The notes under the pieces: model-generated
Databases searched by the model: none
Seen by the model: only the letters and a program-made list of their open reading frames with translations
Told to the model about the DNA's origin: nothing
In this document: in pieces, positions 1 through 10,275 of the stretch
How the letters are laid out: every line of letters starts with the position of its first letter
Numbering within the stretch: position 1 is the first letter of the stretch
DNA from: a virus
Virus record (IMG/VR): IMGVR_UViG_3300026521_000226
Span: 7,778 to 71,777 of that record
Strand: one strand, 5' to 3'
Length of the DNA stretch: 64,000 nt
Translations under genes and position numbers: made by a program

Positions 1-283
1 ATCAATAATTAAAAAACATAATGAATGGACATCAACACTTGGTACTTATTCAGGAAGAATAGAGGCATTTAGAGTTGCTTGTAATTTGTTTATTGATTCA
101 ACTGATGATTTAGATAAAATAAAACAATTGTATGAAGAGGCTAAAAAATTTGATGCCTCAACAACTGACAAAGATATAATTGATTTATTTGAAAAATTTG
201 GATATGATAAAATAGTTATTCAAGATGTGAATAAAAAAGGTATTTTAAATAAATTAAAGATATTTTTACTTGGAGGTAAATAA
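1..283 (+). CDS. Hypothetical protein, 5'-truncated by the window edge
   Basis: The frame of ORF 86..283 is open back to base 2, so the TTG at 86 is probably not the true start. Confidence 0.6.
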   Translation, partial: SIIKKHNEWTSTLGTYSGRIEAFRVACNLFIDSTDDLDKIKQLYEEAKKFDASTTDKDIIDLFEKFGYDKIVIQDVNKKGILNKLKIFLLGGK

Positions 284-1137
284 TGAGTTTGAAATCAAGT
301 TATGAAGGACTGATATATAATCTTAATAGCAAGATTATCTCATTTGGTTCTTTTGAGAGAGACGGATCTTTTCCATATGTGTACAATAATGAGCAATCAG
401 CAATAATTCTTGAAGATATTGATTCTGATTTTGTAGTCTCAACAAATAACAATATACAGTCGTACAAATCTGTTAATTATAAAGGGAAAACATATACAAT
501 ACCTATAGTTAAGAACCAAATAGAATACACAACACTGGATACTATAGCAAAAAATAATGATGCAAAAATATCATTAATATATGTTAGTGAAATGTACAAA
601 GTTATTAATCCAGATATAGATGAAAATGGAATGATGGTTGTTGGATATAAATACGATCAACAGGACGATTCGTTTAAGTTTAAAACAATTGGTGTCAGAG
701 CAACATTTGGAGTATCTGGATCTCAGTATGGAATGTTTGTTTGGGCAGAAGCATTACAGTATGATCAAGATGATGATGGTAATACAACAATAGACTCACT
801 TGTATCTACGGATAAAACTTTCATACCTTATGATTATTCTGTAGAAAATTTAACAATTATGAGTACTTTTGAGTATAATTCCGATACAGATAAATTATAT
901 ATGGAATATAAGTCAGTTGAAAAAGATCAAGATGGAAATAGACTGATAAATTTTGATTATGAGTTGAACTGTGATGACGATAATGCTGCTTTTGATCCAA
1001 GTTTGATAAATATGTGCATAACTATGCCAGAATTAAATCAAACAATTGAATATAGTTTATTTCATATAAAAACATTTGGAGACAAGTTAAATCTTGATGC
1101 ATTAGAGCATCAATCAAACATATTGATAACACTTTAA
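283..1137 (+). CDS. Putative virion structural protein (acidic)
   Basis: 284 aa, GGAGG SD, in the late operon; no recognisable motif. Confidence 0.55.
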   Translation: MSLKSSYEGLIYNLNSKIISFGSFERDGSFPYVYNNEQSAIILEDIDSDFVVSTNNNIQSYKSVNYKGKTYTIPIVKNQIEYTTLDTIAKNNDAKISLIYVSEMYKVINPDIDENGMMVVGYKYDQQDDSFKFKTIGVRATFGVSGSQYGMFVWAEALQYDQDDDGNTTIDSLVSTDKTFIPYDYSVENLTIMSTFEYNSDTDKLYMEYKSVEKDQDGNRLINFDYELNCDDDNAAFDPSLINMCITMPELNQTIEYSLFHIKTFGDKLNLDALEHQSNILITL

Positions 1138-1147
1138 GGAGAAAAAT

Positions 1148-1534
1148 ATGGCTTATGATATGGGACAAGTTTCGAGTGCTTTTGACACATTGTCAAATAA
1201 AGTTCTTGGCGAATTGGAGACTCAATTTAACAAAGGAAGAATAAAAGGTACAGATTATTCTGCTGCATACACAAATCTTATGAATACTATATTACAATTA
1301 GCTATGGATGCACCTTTAAAAGAAAAACAATCAAATCAATACGATAATGATGCAAGACTAAAAGAAAGACAAATCCAAGGTTTTGATGATAAAATAAGAT
1401 CTGATTTATTTAAAACACAAATGGATAGCTGGTCTATGATGTTTGCATCAGGTATGCTTGAAGAAAAACCAGATATTATCACAAATGATGAAACAAGTGT
1501 GTTATACCAAGATATAAAGAACACACTAAGATGA
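1148..1534 (+). CDS. N4 gp54-like virion protein (short form)
   Basis: ELETQFNKGRIKGTDYSAAY resembles the gp54-family N-terminal GRIxGxxY motif; close to a gp53-like gene. Confidence 0.6.
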   Translation: MAYDMGQVSSAFDTLSNKVLGELETQFNKGRIKGTDYSAAYTNLMNTILQLAMDAPLKEKQSNQYDNDARLKERQIQGFDDKIRSDLFKTQMDSWSMMFASGMLEEKPDIITNDETSVLYQDIKNTLR

Positions 1535-1992
1535 TTATAGAATCAACACTCGATACAAAATATTTCTTAGATATATGTTCAAATTTAGAATACAAGGACA
1601 AAGATGAGTTAGAAGCTCAAGACATAATTGGTTCTAAAGATGGAACTGTATTAAGAGTGTTGAGAAATGCTCCAAATAGATGGGCTGAACACTATATAGT
1701 TAGAGATGAAAAAATAGATAAAATTGTGTGTACAATAACATTAGACATAAATAACAATCTTCATTATTTTGTTACAAAAGATTTACAAAAAAATAATAGT
1801 ATATCTTTTGTAAAAACAATAAAAAAATTAGTTGAAGAAACAATAAAATATAAGCAAGTTGTTTATGTGACAACAAAAGATTGGTACTCTGAAGCAGTTA
1901 AGTTTAATAAACTAATTGGATTTAAAGTTTTATTTACAAATAAAGGAAAAAAAACTTCAACTTGGTACTACTCAAAAAGCAAAGGATACTAA
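1531..1992 (+). CDS. Putative GNAT-fold protein (T7 gp13/DUF2833-like)
   Basis: LEYKDKDEL near the N-terminus and DWYSEAVKFNKLIGFK near the C-terminus, the pattern seen in podophage virion-associated GNAT-like proteins. Confidence 0.45.
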   Translation: MIIESTLDTKYFLDICSNLEYKDKDELEAQDIIGSKDGTVLRVLRNAPNRWAEHYIVRDEKIDKIVCTITLDINNNLHYFVTKDLQKNNSISFVKTIKKLVEETIKYKQVVYVTTKDWYSEAVKFNKLIGFKVLFTNKGKKTSTWYYSKSKGY

Positions 1993-1993
1993 T

Positions 1994-4249
1994 ATGGGTG
2001 GAGTTGTTAATGCTATTGCTGATGTTTTTGAATGGGTATTTGAATTGTTTGATCCTTTTTTATCAAAGTATGATAAACATGATATATATAAACAAATACA
2101 AATTCAATCATTATTCCCTAATGATCAACATATATTTAGAAAAAAATTGATTTCATTTAAACATCAAACAGGAAGTAATTACGAAACATTAAAAAAACTA
2201 ATACTTGATAAAGCAAAATATACAAATAAAAACAAATTAGAAAAAATGGGGTTAATAACTGAATACAATGGTTCTATACACACACTCACAAAAAGTAGAA
2301 TAGAATTATACATTAGTACCAAGTATTTAGATTCTGACGTTAATATACCATATCTTGTTTCAAGACATTATAAGTGGGAATTAAGGAAAACAAAAAAATT
2401 AACAAATGAATACATGAACTATAATCTATATTATGATGTTGTTAGATACACGTATTCCACATATGATGATAAAAATCTTAATGGATATGTAAAGTATGAT
2501 AAAAATGAAAAAATGTATTATTTCTGGATAAGAACAAACGAATACAAAGATCCTACTGATGAAGATTTGGCATATGAGACTGGTGATTATATTGATTGGA
2601 AAATATCAAAATGGTTAAGCGAAGAATATGACACAAAAGATGAAAACATACAATATACTGAAAAGACATATTTTAATAGTGTTGTTAGTAAAGTAAAATA
2701 TATAACGTATAATATAAAAGATGATAAATGGTATAAACCAATTATTGTTGACAAATCAATAGAACGAAAGTATGACGAAGATAACAATGTTATTGAAGTA
2801 CATATGCTAAATGTAGATGATAATGATGATGACATATGGGTAGAATGGACAATAGACAAGTCAGTTCTTATTACTGTTGGATATACATCAACAAATTTTC
2901 CAAAAGGAAATATAGAAACATTTTACTATGATGATGTTGTTGACAAGGAATTTGAAACACATTTTTTAAGTGTTCCTGTTAAAAAAGATGGTGATATGGT
3001 AAATGATGACTCTATAATGCTGAAAAACTGGCTGCAAGATATAGGGATGACGTTACCTGAAAATATAGAAAGTGATGAGGTTAAAGATGTTTTGTATGCA
3101 GCGCTAAGCAAATATAATGATAATTCTACACCAACACTAACAAATTACAACAAATACATATATGGTTCTCCTACAGATAAACATAACGTATCTATTGATA
3201 CAGGTGTGCAAGTATTTAATTATTTTTGGTCTATAGATTATACAAATGAAAAAACAGCGAATATATACAGAGGTATGTCTGTTAATGGTTTTACGTACGC
3301 AAAAATATTAGAATGCGAACAATCAGATATGTATATAACGTATAAATTAAATAATGAAGGTAAGGTTGACACAGGTGTTAACAACGGAGAAACTGAATCA
3401 GATGAAGGGCCAATGTATTTGGTACCGCTCGAAGCTTTTAAAAGAATGCCATTAAATGAATTTTATGTTGCATACTATGACACAATGAAGAGTATAGCTT
3501 ATGCTGAAAAAGAAGTTGTTACAAAGTGGTATAGAACTGAGTTTTTTCAATTTTACATGAAGGCTACAATTATTGTTATAGCATGTATAGCTGGTGGACC
3601 TGTTGGTTGCGCTATTGCAATAGGTGGTATGATTGTATATGAGTTGCTTGTTAATGAGTTTGGTGTAGATCCTGCTGTAGCTGCAATAATAGTCGCTGTT
3701 GCTACATGGGGTGCAAGCACAGCAGCAAACGGAGCAAATGCTGGAGCGAATGCAGCAAACAGCACATCTACTGCCTCTACTGCTGGAGTTGATTCATCAA
3801 CTGCTGCATCAAATAGTATGGCATCAGCGTCAGTAAGTACAACATCAGCTGCAAGTCAAAGCATTATGCAGAGAGTAGAGGATTATTTTTCCACATTTAT
3901 TGATAATTTTAAGAGAGGTTATGCTATGCAAGCAGAAGAATCACTAAAATTTAGTGATTATCTTAATTATGTAAATAAAGGATCAAAATATTACTTTAGG
4001 TACCTTAATAAGAAAGAAAATAAAAAATTAGAAAATATTGAAAATGAGAACAGAAAAATAGAAGAAAAAGCAAAAGAAATTGAAGATTCTCTTACTGAAA
4101 TGTTTAAAAATTCAATTAGTCTACTTCCAGTAAAATTTGATATAGAATACTCAATGCTTTACAGTGATCCAATGAGTATGCAGTACGCATACGATCACAT
4201 GTATGAAATGGATGCTTTTTCAGCTGTTGAATTAGTATACACACAATAA
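1994..4249 (+). CDS. N4 gp53-like virion/tail protein
   Basis: Start moved to ATG 1994 (AAGGA SD). EVVTKWYRTEFF followed by hydrophobic Gly/Ala helices and a C-terminal coiled coil, as in the gp53 family. Confidence 0.6.
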   Translation: MGGVVNAIADVFEWVFELFDPFLSKYDKHDIYKQIQIQSLFPNDQHIFRKKLISFKHQTGSNYETLKKLILDKAKYTNKNKLEKMGLITEYNGSIHTLTKSRIELYISTKYLDSDVNIPYLVSRHYKWELRKTKKLTNEYMNYNLYYDVVRYTYSTYDDKNLNGYVKYDKNEKMYYFWIRTNEYKDPTDEDLAYETGDYIDWKISKWLSEEYDTKDENIQYTEKTYFNSVVSKVKYITYNIKDDKWYKPIIVDKSIERKYDEDNNVIEVHMLNVDDNDDDIWVEWTIDKSVLITVGYTSTNFPKGNIETFYYDDVVDKEFETHFLSVPVKKDGDMVNDDSIMLKNWLQDIGMTLPENIESDEVKDVLYAALSKYNDNSTPTLTNYNKYIYGSPTDKHNVSIDTGVQVFNYFWSIDYTNEKTANIYRGMSVNGFTYAKILECEQSDMYITYKLNNEGKVDTGVNNGETESDEGPMYLVPLEAFKRMPLNEFYVAYYDTMKSIAYAEKEVVTKWYRTEFFQFYMKATIIVIACIAGGPVGCAIAIGGMIVYELLVNEFGVDPAVAAIIVAVATWGASTAANGANAGANAANSTSTASTAGVDSSTAASNSMASASVSTTSAASQSIMQRVEDYFSTFIDNFKRGYAMQAEESLKFSDYLNYVNKGSKYYFRYLNKKENKKLENIENENRKIEEKAKEIEDSLTEMFKNSISLLPVKFDIEYSMLYSDPMSMQYAYDHMYEMDAFSAVELVYTQ

Positions 4250-4320
4250 ACAATGTTTTGACTTTTTGGTACAATTAGGCAATAAATATGATGAAAATAA
4301 AATATAAGGAAAACACAACA

Positions 4321-6321
4321 ATGATGACAGATAGAAAAATTCTCGAACTATACAAAAAAGATTTAGAAGAGGCGCAACCTGTAAAAACAGTACAAAATGA
4401 ATATGTGTCAAACATGATAAATATATATAAAGGTGATGTTCAGTACACAAAAGTAAAAGGATCAACATTTGTATCAAAAGAAGTATTTAAACAAGTTGAA
4501 TGGGCAAAAGCACAATACAAACATCCATTTGTGTCAAACGATACGATTGTAAGATTAGCACCACAACTTGGTTCTGGAAATGTAGAATTTTCTCAACAAA
4601 GTGAAGCATTGATGAATTATTTTTATATTAAAAAATTCAATAGATATAATTTCATGACTGACGCATTACATACATTACTTGTTGAAGGAACATTAGTTGT
4701 TAGAACAGGTTGGGAATATGATGGTGAGATGAGACAAATTGAAGTACCAATTGTAGGGCAAGATCCAAATAGTGGTGAACAAATACAACTTGGTTCTCAA
4801 ATTGTAAATAAAGAAGTGCCAATTGTAAACAAGCCTACAGCATCAATAGTTAAAGCAGACAACATTTTTATTGATCCTACAGCAACAACTATGGAAGAAG
4901 TGCAATACATAGTCCAAAGAAGAGAAGTTCGGTTACATGAGCTTAAAGAAGCAGGAATATATAAGAATTTAGATATTCTTGAAAAAAGATCAACAAATCC
5001 TTTAAATAAAGATAATTATACAGAGCCATATACTATGGAAAAAAATCCAACATTATCATTCAACATGGAAGACACTGATAGAAGAAAAATGTACATGTAT
5101 GAATATTGGGGATATAATAAACTTGAAGAGAATGGTGATGTTAAACCTGTTGTATGTTGTTGGATAGATGATACAATAGTTAGATTAGAAGAAAATCCAT
5201 ATCCAGATCAAAAAATCCCATTCTTGGTACTACAATTCATAAAAGAACCACATACGCTTTGGGGTAAGGCATTAACTGAGATGATAAGTGAACACCAAAG
5301 AATTAAAACAGGGTTAATGAGAGGAATATTTGATGATTTAGCTCAATCAAACAATACACAAAAAGGTGTTCAAAAAGGAAACTTAGATCCAATAAATATG
5401 AAAAGATTTCTAAACGGCGAAAGCTTTGAATTCAATTTGAGCCCAACAGCATTTTATCAAGGTAACTATAACAGAATTCCAAGCGAAATTTTCAAGGTTA
5501 TTCAGGATGTTGATTATGACAAACAACTTCTAAGTGGTGTAATACCAATGCAAGGTGGTCAAGGTGCGCAAGCAATATATGGTTCTCAAGCTTCAAAAAC
5601 AGGACAATTAAGTTCTTTAATGTTAAAAGAATTAGATGTTGTTAACAATATAGCTGAGAATCTGATAAAACCAATGCTTATGAAATGGCTTATATATATG
5701 TATGAATTATTGGAACCTGAAGAAATAATGAATATAACTGGTATGCAATATGTAGAACCAGAGAAAGAATTAATTGTTAATTACGCTGATGACTTTGACA
5801 TAGACATATCTACTCAACAAACAGATGAGATTAAAGCAAGCGAAATGACAATGCTTATGCAAACACTTGGAAATACAATCCCTTTTGATATAACAAAGTT
5901 AATGATGGCAGAAATAGCAAAGCTAAAAAAAATGCCTAATCTTGCCAAACAAATAATTGACTATCAACCACAACCAGATCCATATGAAGAACAATTAAAA
6001 CAAATTGAGTTACAAAAAGCACAACTTGAATTACAACTTATGCAAATGGAAGGACAAGCAGATGCTCAACTTAAATCTGCAAAAGCTAAAGAAGCTGATG
6101 CAAAAGCTACTGCTACATCTACTGGCACTATTCAATCTAAATACGGAATTGATTATCAACAAAAAATGAAAGAGATGGAGGTTAAACATCAAATGGAAAT
6201 GGAAAAATTAAGAGAACAAGCAAGATTAAAGGATAAAGGTACTATGTCTAACAATGTTGGAATCCCAACACAAAATCCACAACCTGTAGGTATGATGGAT
6301 GTTCAGAATCAAACAATTTAA
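4321..6321 (+). CDS. Portal protein (N4 gp59-like)
   Basis: GTLVVRTGWEY, NIFIDPTA, YEYWG, RLEENPYPDQKIPF, coiled-coil C-terminus; SD before ATG 4321. Confidence 0.9.
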   Translation: MMTDRKILELYKKDLEEAQPVKTVQNEYVSNMINIYKGDVQYTKVKGSTFVSKEVFKQVEWAKAQYKHPFVSNDTIVRLAPQLGSGNVEFSQQSEALMNYFYIKKFNRYNFMTDALHTLLVEGTLVVRTGWEYDGEMRQIEVPIVGQDPNSGEQIQLGSQIVNKEVPIVNKPTASIVKADNIFIDPTATTMEEVQYIVQRREVRLHELKEAGIYKNLDILEKRSTNPLNKDNYTEPYTMEKNPTLSFNMEDTDRRKMYMYEYWGYNKLEENGDVKPVVCCWIDDTIVRLEENPYPDQKIPFLVLQFIKEPHTLWGKALTEMISEHQRIKTGLMRGIFDDLAQSNNTQKGVQKGNLDPINMKRFLNGESFEFNLSPTAFYQGNYNRIPSEIFKVIQDVDYDKQLLSGVIPMQGGQGAQAIYGSQASKTGQLSSLMLKELDVVNNIAENLIKPMLMKWLIYMYELLEPEEIMNITGMQYVEPEKELIVNYADDFDIDISTQQTDEIKASEMTMLMQTLGNTIPFDITKLMMAEIAKLKKMPNLAKQIIDYQPQPDPYEEQLKQIELQKAQLELQLMQMEGQADAQLKSAKAKEADAKATATSTGTIQSKYGIDYQQKMKEMEVKHQMEMEKLREQARLKDKGTMSNNVGIPTQNPQPVGMMDVQNQTI

Positions 6322-6329
6322 TGTTTGAT

Positions 6330-6358
6330 TTGACTTTATTATGGAATTTGAGTAAAAT
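6330..6358 (+). promoter_or_regulatory. sigma70-type late promoter
   Basis: TTGACT-N17-TAAAAT in the intergenic gap before 6389. Confidence 0.65.
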
Positions 6359-6388
6359 TTGTTACAAAAAAAATAAAAGGAAAATGAC

Positions 6389-6700
6389 ATGGCAACATTA
6401 AGACAAGAAGAACAAGAATTTATCGCAAACTACGGAACTGAAGAAGCTAAAGAAGCAGCGGCACTACAATTAAAATTAGTTGACGCATTAGCTAAGCTTG
6501 ATAAAAACAAAGATTTTAAATTAATTATTAAGTATATTTGTGAAGATATGGTTACTGCTCACAGTGATCAATTAGCATTTAGTGTTGAAGAGAGAGGTCA
6601 ATTATTTGAACAATTAGTATGGAGAAGTCAACTTAAAAAAGAACTTCAAATGATTAGGGATACAGATGTGGTTAGAGTTCAAGAAATTCTTGAAGGATAA
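6389..6700 (+). CDS. N4 gp58-like protein
   Basis: ALAKLDKNKDFKLII motif; position between portal and scaffold-like gene. Confidence 0.6.
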   Translation: MATLRQEEQEFIANYGTEEAKEAAALQLKLVDALAKLDKNKDFKLIIKYICEDMVTAHSDQLAFSVEERGQLFEQLVWRSQLKKELQMIRDTDVVRVQEILEG

Positions 6701-6703
6701 TAA

Positions 6704-7741
6704 ATGATAGATTTAGATAATTTAGACAAAGCAATTTCAGGTGCAGAAGAAGTAGATTCTATGCCTGATCTTGAAGATGGAGATTATGAAAATCCTGAAA
6801 ACTCTATAGAAGAACCAAGCAGTTCTACAGATGAAGAAGAATTTGATGATTCGGTTGAAGTTTACGATAACGAATCTGAAGAAGATGAGTCTGAAGAGGA
6901 TATTGAATATGAGGGCGAAGATTCAGATGTTGAAATAGTTGAAACAAATAATGATGTTGATAGTTCAATGGAATTTGATATTGGTAACACAAAACTTAAA
7001 GTCAACAACACTGATGAGTTGAAAACAATAGCTCAAAACGCATTAAAAGATAAATTTAAATTTGATCAATACAAAGATGATATTTCTGTTATTGAAGGAC
7101 TCAAAGATCAAGGTGTTGAACAAGAAGATCTATACTTATTGGCTGCAGCAAAAAAAGGTGATCAAAAAGCATTAGCTAAGTTGTTGAAAAAATCAGGTGT
7201 TGATCCTTACGACTTAGATATTGAAGATGAAGATATCGACAATTATAGACCTGAAGAAGTTAAAGCTGATATGAACTATATTGAAGCGAAAGCTATTTTG
7301 AGTGATTTAAAACAGAACCCTGAGGTTGATACAAAGTTTAATAATCTTGTTATGAAAGAGTTTGATGAGCAGAGTAGGAAATCAGTTTTCGATAATGTAA
7401 ACAATTTGCAATTCATTGCTGAATTAACTAAATCAGGAATGCTTGAACAAATATTACCTTCGTACACAAAGAAAAAATTACTTGGTGCAGGGAAAGATAG
7501 TTTTAGTATGCTTGTTGAATCATACGACGAATATGTTAAATCACTGGAGAACCAAAAAGAAGAAAAGGTTAAGGAAGTGCAAACAAAAGCAAAACAAAAA
7601 GCTACAAAAAGAAGAAAAGCAGCAGTAGGTTCTAAGCAAAAAAGACCAGCTGAAAAAAAAGATCCTATAAACATGAGTGATGAAGAGTTTGAAGAATATT
7701 ACAAAAATCTAACTGGTGGTTATGGGTTTGCTGTAGATTAA
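6704..7741 (+). CDS. N4 gp57-like protein (probable capsid scaffold)
   Basis: Very acidic N-terminus, KKGDQKALAKLLKKSGVDP, C-terminal DPINMSDEEFEE; directly before the capsid gene. Confidence 0.7.
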   Translation: MIDLDNLDKAISGAEEVDSMPDLEDGDYENPENSIEEPSSSTDEEEFDDSVEVYDNESEEDESEEDIEYEGEDSDVEIVETNNDVDSSMEFDIGNTKLKVNNTDELKTIAQNALKDKFKFDQYKDDISVIEGLKDQGVEQEDLYLLAAAKKGDQKALAKLLKKSGVDPYDLDIEDEDIDNYRPEEVKADMNYIEAKAILSDLKQNPEVDTKFNNLVMKEFDEQSRKSVFDNVNNLQFIAELTKSGMLEQILPSYTKKKLLGAGKDSFSMLVESYDEYVKSLENQKEEKVKEVQTKAKQKATKRRKAAVGSKQKRPAEKKDPINMSDEEFEEYYKNLTGGYGFAVD

Positions 7742-7769
7742 TTTCTATACCCTTTGTGGGTATGGTTGA

Positions 7770-7802
7770 TTCAGTGTATATGTCAATTGGATATATACTG
7801 AA
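7770..7802 (+). promoter_or_regulatory. RNA stem in the capsid-gene leader
   Basis: TTCAGTGTATAT/ATATATACTGAA 12-bp stem whose one mismatch is G-U on the + strand. Confidence 0.5.
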
Positions 7803-7831
7803 CAAACTATATTAAAACAATGGAGGCTTTT

Positions 7832-9040
7832 ATGGCTATTTACGTTTTTAACTCTGGTGACTCTACTCAAGGTACGCAAGTACAAAATTTCTACAGTAGA
7901 ATCGCAAGAAGAAAAATCGATCAAACTTTCAACTTTAGTAAATTCGCTAATATGAGAGATATGATGCAAACAGGACATGGTGAAACTTATAAAGTTAGTA
8001 CATATTTTTGGTCAATTCATAGAGATGTGATTGATAAAGATGGTCATTATACAGGTGTAAAAGGTGGATATATCACAGAGAGAGATCTTAAAACAATTTC
8101 TGATAATCTTGACAATATGCAACTTAACACTGAAACAGCAAAAACTGAAGATGATATTTTCCAACTTGGTACTTTCAGAAAAACTACATTTGAAACAAAA
8201 ATGAAGAAATATGCTGGTATTGTTCAATTAACTGAAACTGATGAAACATATTCTGAAGATGCTGTAAGAGCATTAGCTGTTGAAGATGTTACAATGCAAA
8301 TGAATCTTGCATACAATGACCTTATGATGAGAGATATTTTAAATGCTGAATTTAGAGTATATGGTGGTGATGCTACATCAAGAGATGAAGTTGGTGGTAC
8401 TGATGATAGTAAATCAAGAGATTATACATTAACAACATCATTATCAATTGCTGTACACAATAAACTTATTGTTAATAAAGCAAAAGAGATGAGTTCATTA
8501 ATTGGTGGTCAAAATAGAATTGGTACTAAACCTATTCCAAGTGCTTACTACATTATTGTTGGTGCTCAATATTATGGTGCTTTAATTAACGAAGATTTAT
8601 ATCCAGATTTTCAATCAGTTGAAACTTATTCTGATCCTACAAATGTAGTTAAATTAGATGGTTTAGAAGAGATTGGTAGACTTGGAAGATTCAGAATTCT
8701 TTATAGTGAAACATTAGGTAACTGGTCTCATCAAGGACATAAAGTTGATGATACAGGTGATAACGATTCTGCTTATTGTTATGCATCTCAAGATCCAGAT
8801 GATGATGATAACTGGAAATATGATGTTTTTCCTGCAATTGTTATGGCTAAAGATGCTATTTCAACAGTTGGTCTTCAAGGTAAAACTAAACAGATGATTT
8901 ACACAAGATGGCCAGATGTGATCGATAGTGGAAATAAAATTGGTGAAGTTGGTTATATTGCATTCAAATTCAGATACGCAACTGTAATCACAAGACCAGA
9001 TCATCTTGCAATTATCGAGACTACAGTAGCTAAGCCGTAA
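7832..9040 (+). CDS. Major capsid protein (N4 gp56-like)
   Basis: GGAGG SD before ATG 7832; FSKFANMRDM, GHGETYK, EIGRLGRFRI, YDVFPAIV, GEVGY; about 400 aa. Confidence 0.92.
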   Translation: MAIYVFNSGDSTQGTQVQNFYSRIARRKIDQTFNFSKFANMRDMMQTGHGETYKVSTYFWSIHRDVIDKDGHYTGVKGGYITERDLKTISDNLDNMQLNTETAKTEDDIFQLGTFRKTTFETKMKKYAGIVQLTETDETYSEDAVRALAVEDVTMQMNLAYNDLMMRDILNAEFRVYGGDATSRDEVGGTDDSKSRDYTLTTSLSIAVHNKLIVNKAKEMSSLIGGQNRIGTKPIPSAYYIIVGAQYYGALINEDLYPDFQSVETYSDPTNVVKLDGLEEIGRLGRFRILYSETLGNWSHQGHKVDDTGDNDSAYCYASQDPDDDDNWKYDVFPAIVMAKDAISTVGLQGKTKQMIYTRWPDVIDSGNKIGEVGYIAFKFRYATVITRPDHLAIIETTVAKP

Positions 9041-9162
9041 TAAAAAACCTATGTCTATTTATTGACATTTAAATGATCTTAGAGATTTATTCTCTTTGTT
9101 TCATTTTATTCAAATTAAATGATATAATTTGATTTAAATAAAATGAACCAAAAGGATTAAAT

Positions 9163-9597
9163 ATGGAAAACAAATCAATTGAAGAATTAAGTTTTAATGA
9201 ATTAAGAGTAGAGTGCAAAAAGAAAAATATCGATGTAAACAAGGGTGATAACAAAGCTGTGCTTATTTCGAAGCTAAAAACATACGCTGAAAACATGGCA
9301 ACAAGAAGTGGTAAACTTGTTAACATCTCAGCAAAAATGAAAGATATGGTTAAAGTTATTGTTACTAAAAACGATCCTGAAGACACAAGAGAAGCAATGG
9401 TTTCAACAATTGTAAATGCAACTGGTACTTACAGTTGGTCAATTCCATTTAACACAAAAATTGACATACCGAGACCATTCGTTAAAAAACTAAAATCAGC
9501 AAAAATTCAAAAATTTAATAGAATTATTGACAAAGATTTAGGTCCTATTGACAGACCTTATGAGGATAGCAAATATATAGTTCAAGAATTAAGTTAA
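9163..9597 (+). CDS. N4 gp55-like protein
   Basis: N-terminal HeH-like segment (LSFNELRVECKKKNI) then VIVTKNDP...SIPFN; follows the capsid gene. Extended -10 TGATATAAT at 9120-9128. Confidence 0.6.
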   Translation: MENKSIEELSFNELRVECKKKNIDVNKGDNKAVLISKLKTYAENMATRSGKLVNISAKMKDMVKVIVTKNDPEDTREAMVSTIVNATGTYSWSIPFNTKIDIPRPFVKKLKSAKIQKFNRIIDKDLGPIDRPYEDSKYIVQELS

Positions 9598-9627
9598 CTC
9601 TTGGTTCTTTAGTTTAAAGGAGATTGC

Positions 9628-10203
9628 ATGGAAGAATGGGAAAAATTATTTCAACAAAGAAATAATATAACATATACAGCATCTGGGCATGATGGTACAG
9701 CTCCTATTTTTAAGGTTTTAGATGTACAGGGAACTGAAAAAGTTAAACCTGTTTTTGGATTAACAGAAGGTATAAATACAAATATAGATAATTCTCAAAA
9801 CCAAATAAAACAATTTAAACTTCCAAACGGAAATACAGCATTTTCAATGGACAAGGATTATGCTATGCAGAATAAATATGCTATGCTTGATTCAAAAGGA
9901 AATCCTGTATTAACAGAAGAAGGATATAAAGCTGGATTTACTGGAATAGACAAAGATGGAAACCTAATTGGCACAAGTGAAAAGTCTTGGTTTCAACAAA
10001 ATAAAGATGGAATAAACACTGGGATTGCAGCAGGACAATTAGGTCTTGGGATTGCAGGATTTCTTGAAAATAGGAAAACAGCAAAAGCTCAGAGAGGTAT
10101 GCTTGAGGCTCAGAGATCATTACTTAATGAACAATTATCTGAGGCAAAAGCAGAATATTCAAGAGTAAGTAATCTTAGAAAAAAAATAACAGCCTCTTAT
10201 TAA
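9628..10203 (+). CDS. Ejection protein (N4 gp52-like)
   Basis: Cys-free; Gly-rich hydrophobic helix GINTGIAAGQLGLGIAGFL then a coiled coil; syntenic position. Confidence 0.55.
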   Translation: MEEWEKLFQQRNNITYTASGHDGTAPIFKVLDVQGTEKVKPVFGLTEGINTNIDNSQNQIKQFKLPNGNTAFSMDKDYAMQNKYAMLDSKGNPVLTEEGYKAGFTGIDKDGNLIGTSEKSWFQQNKDGINTGIAAGQLGLGIAGFLENRKTAKAQRGMLEAQRSLLNEQLSEAKAEYSRVSNLRKKITASY

Positions 10204-10275
10204 CACTACATTTTTACACCCTTATATGGTATAATTATTTTAACAATAAAATATAAAACTATATAAAGGATGTAA

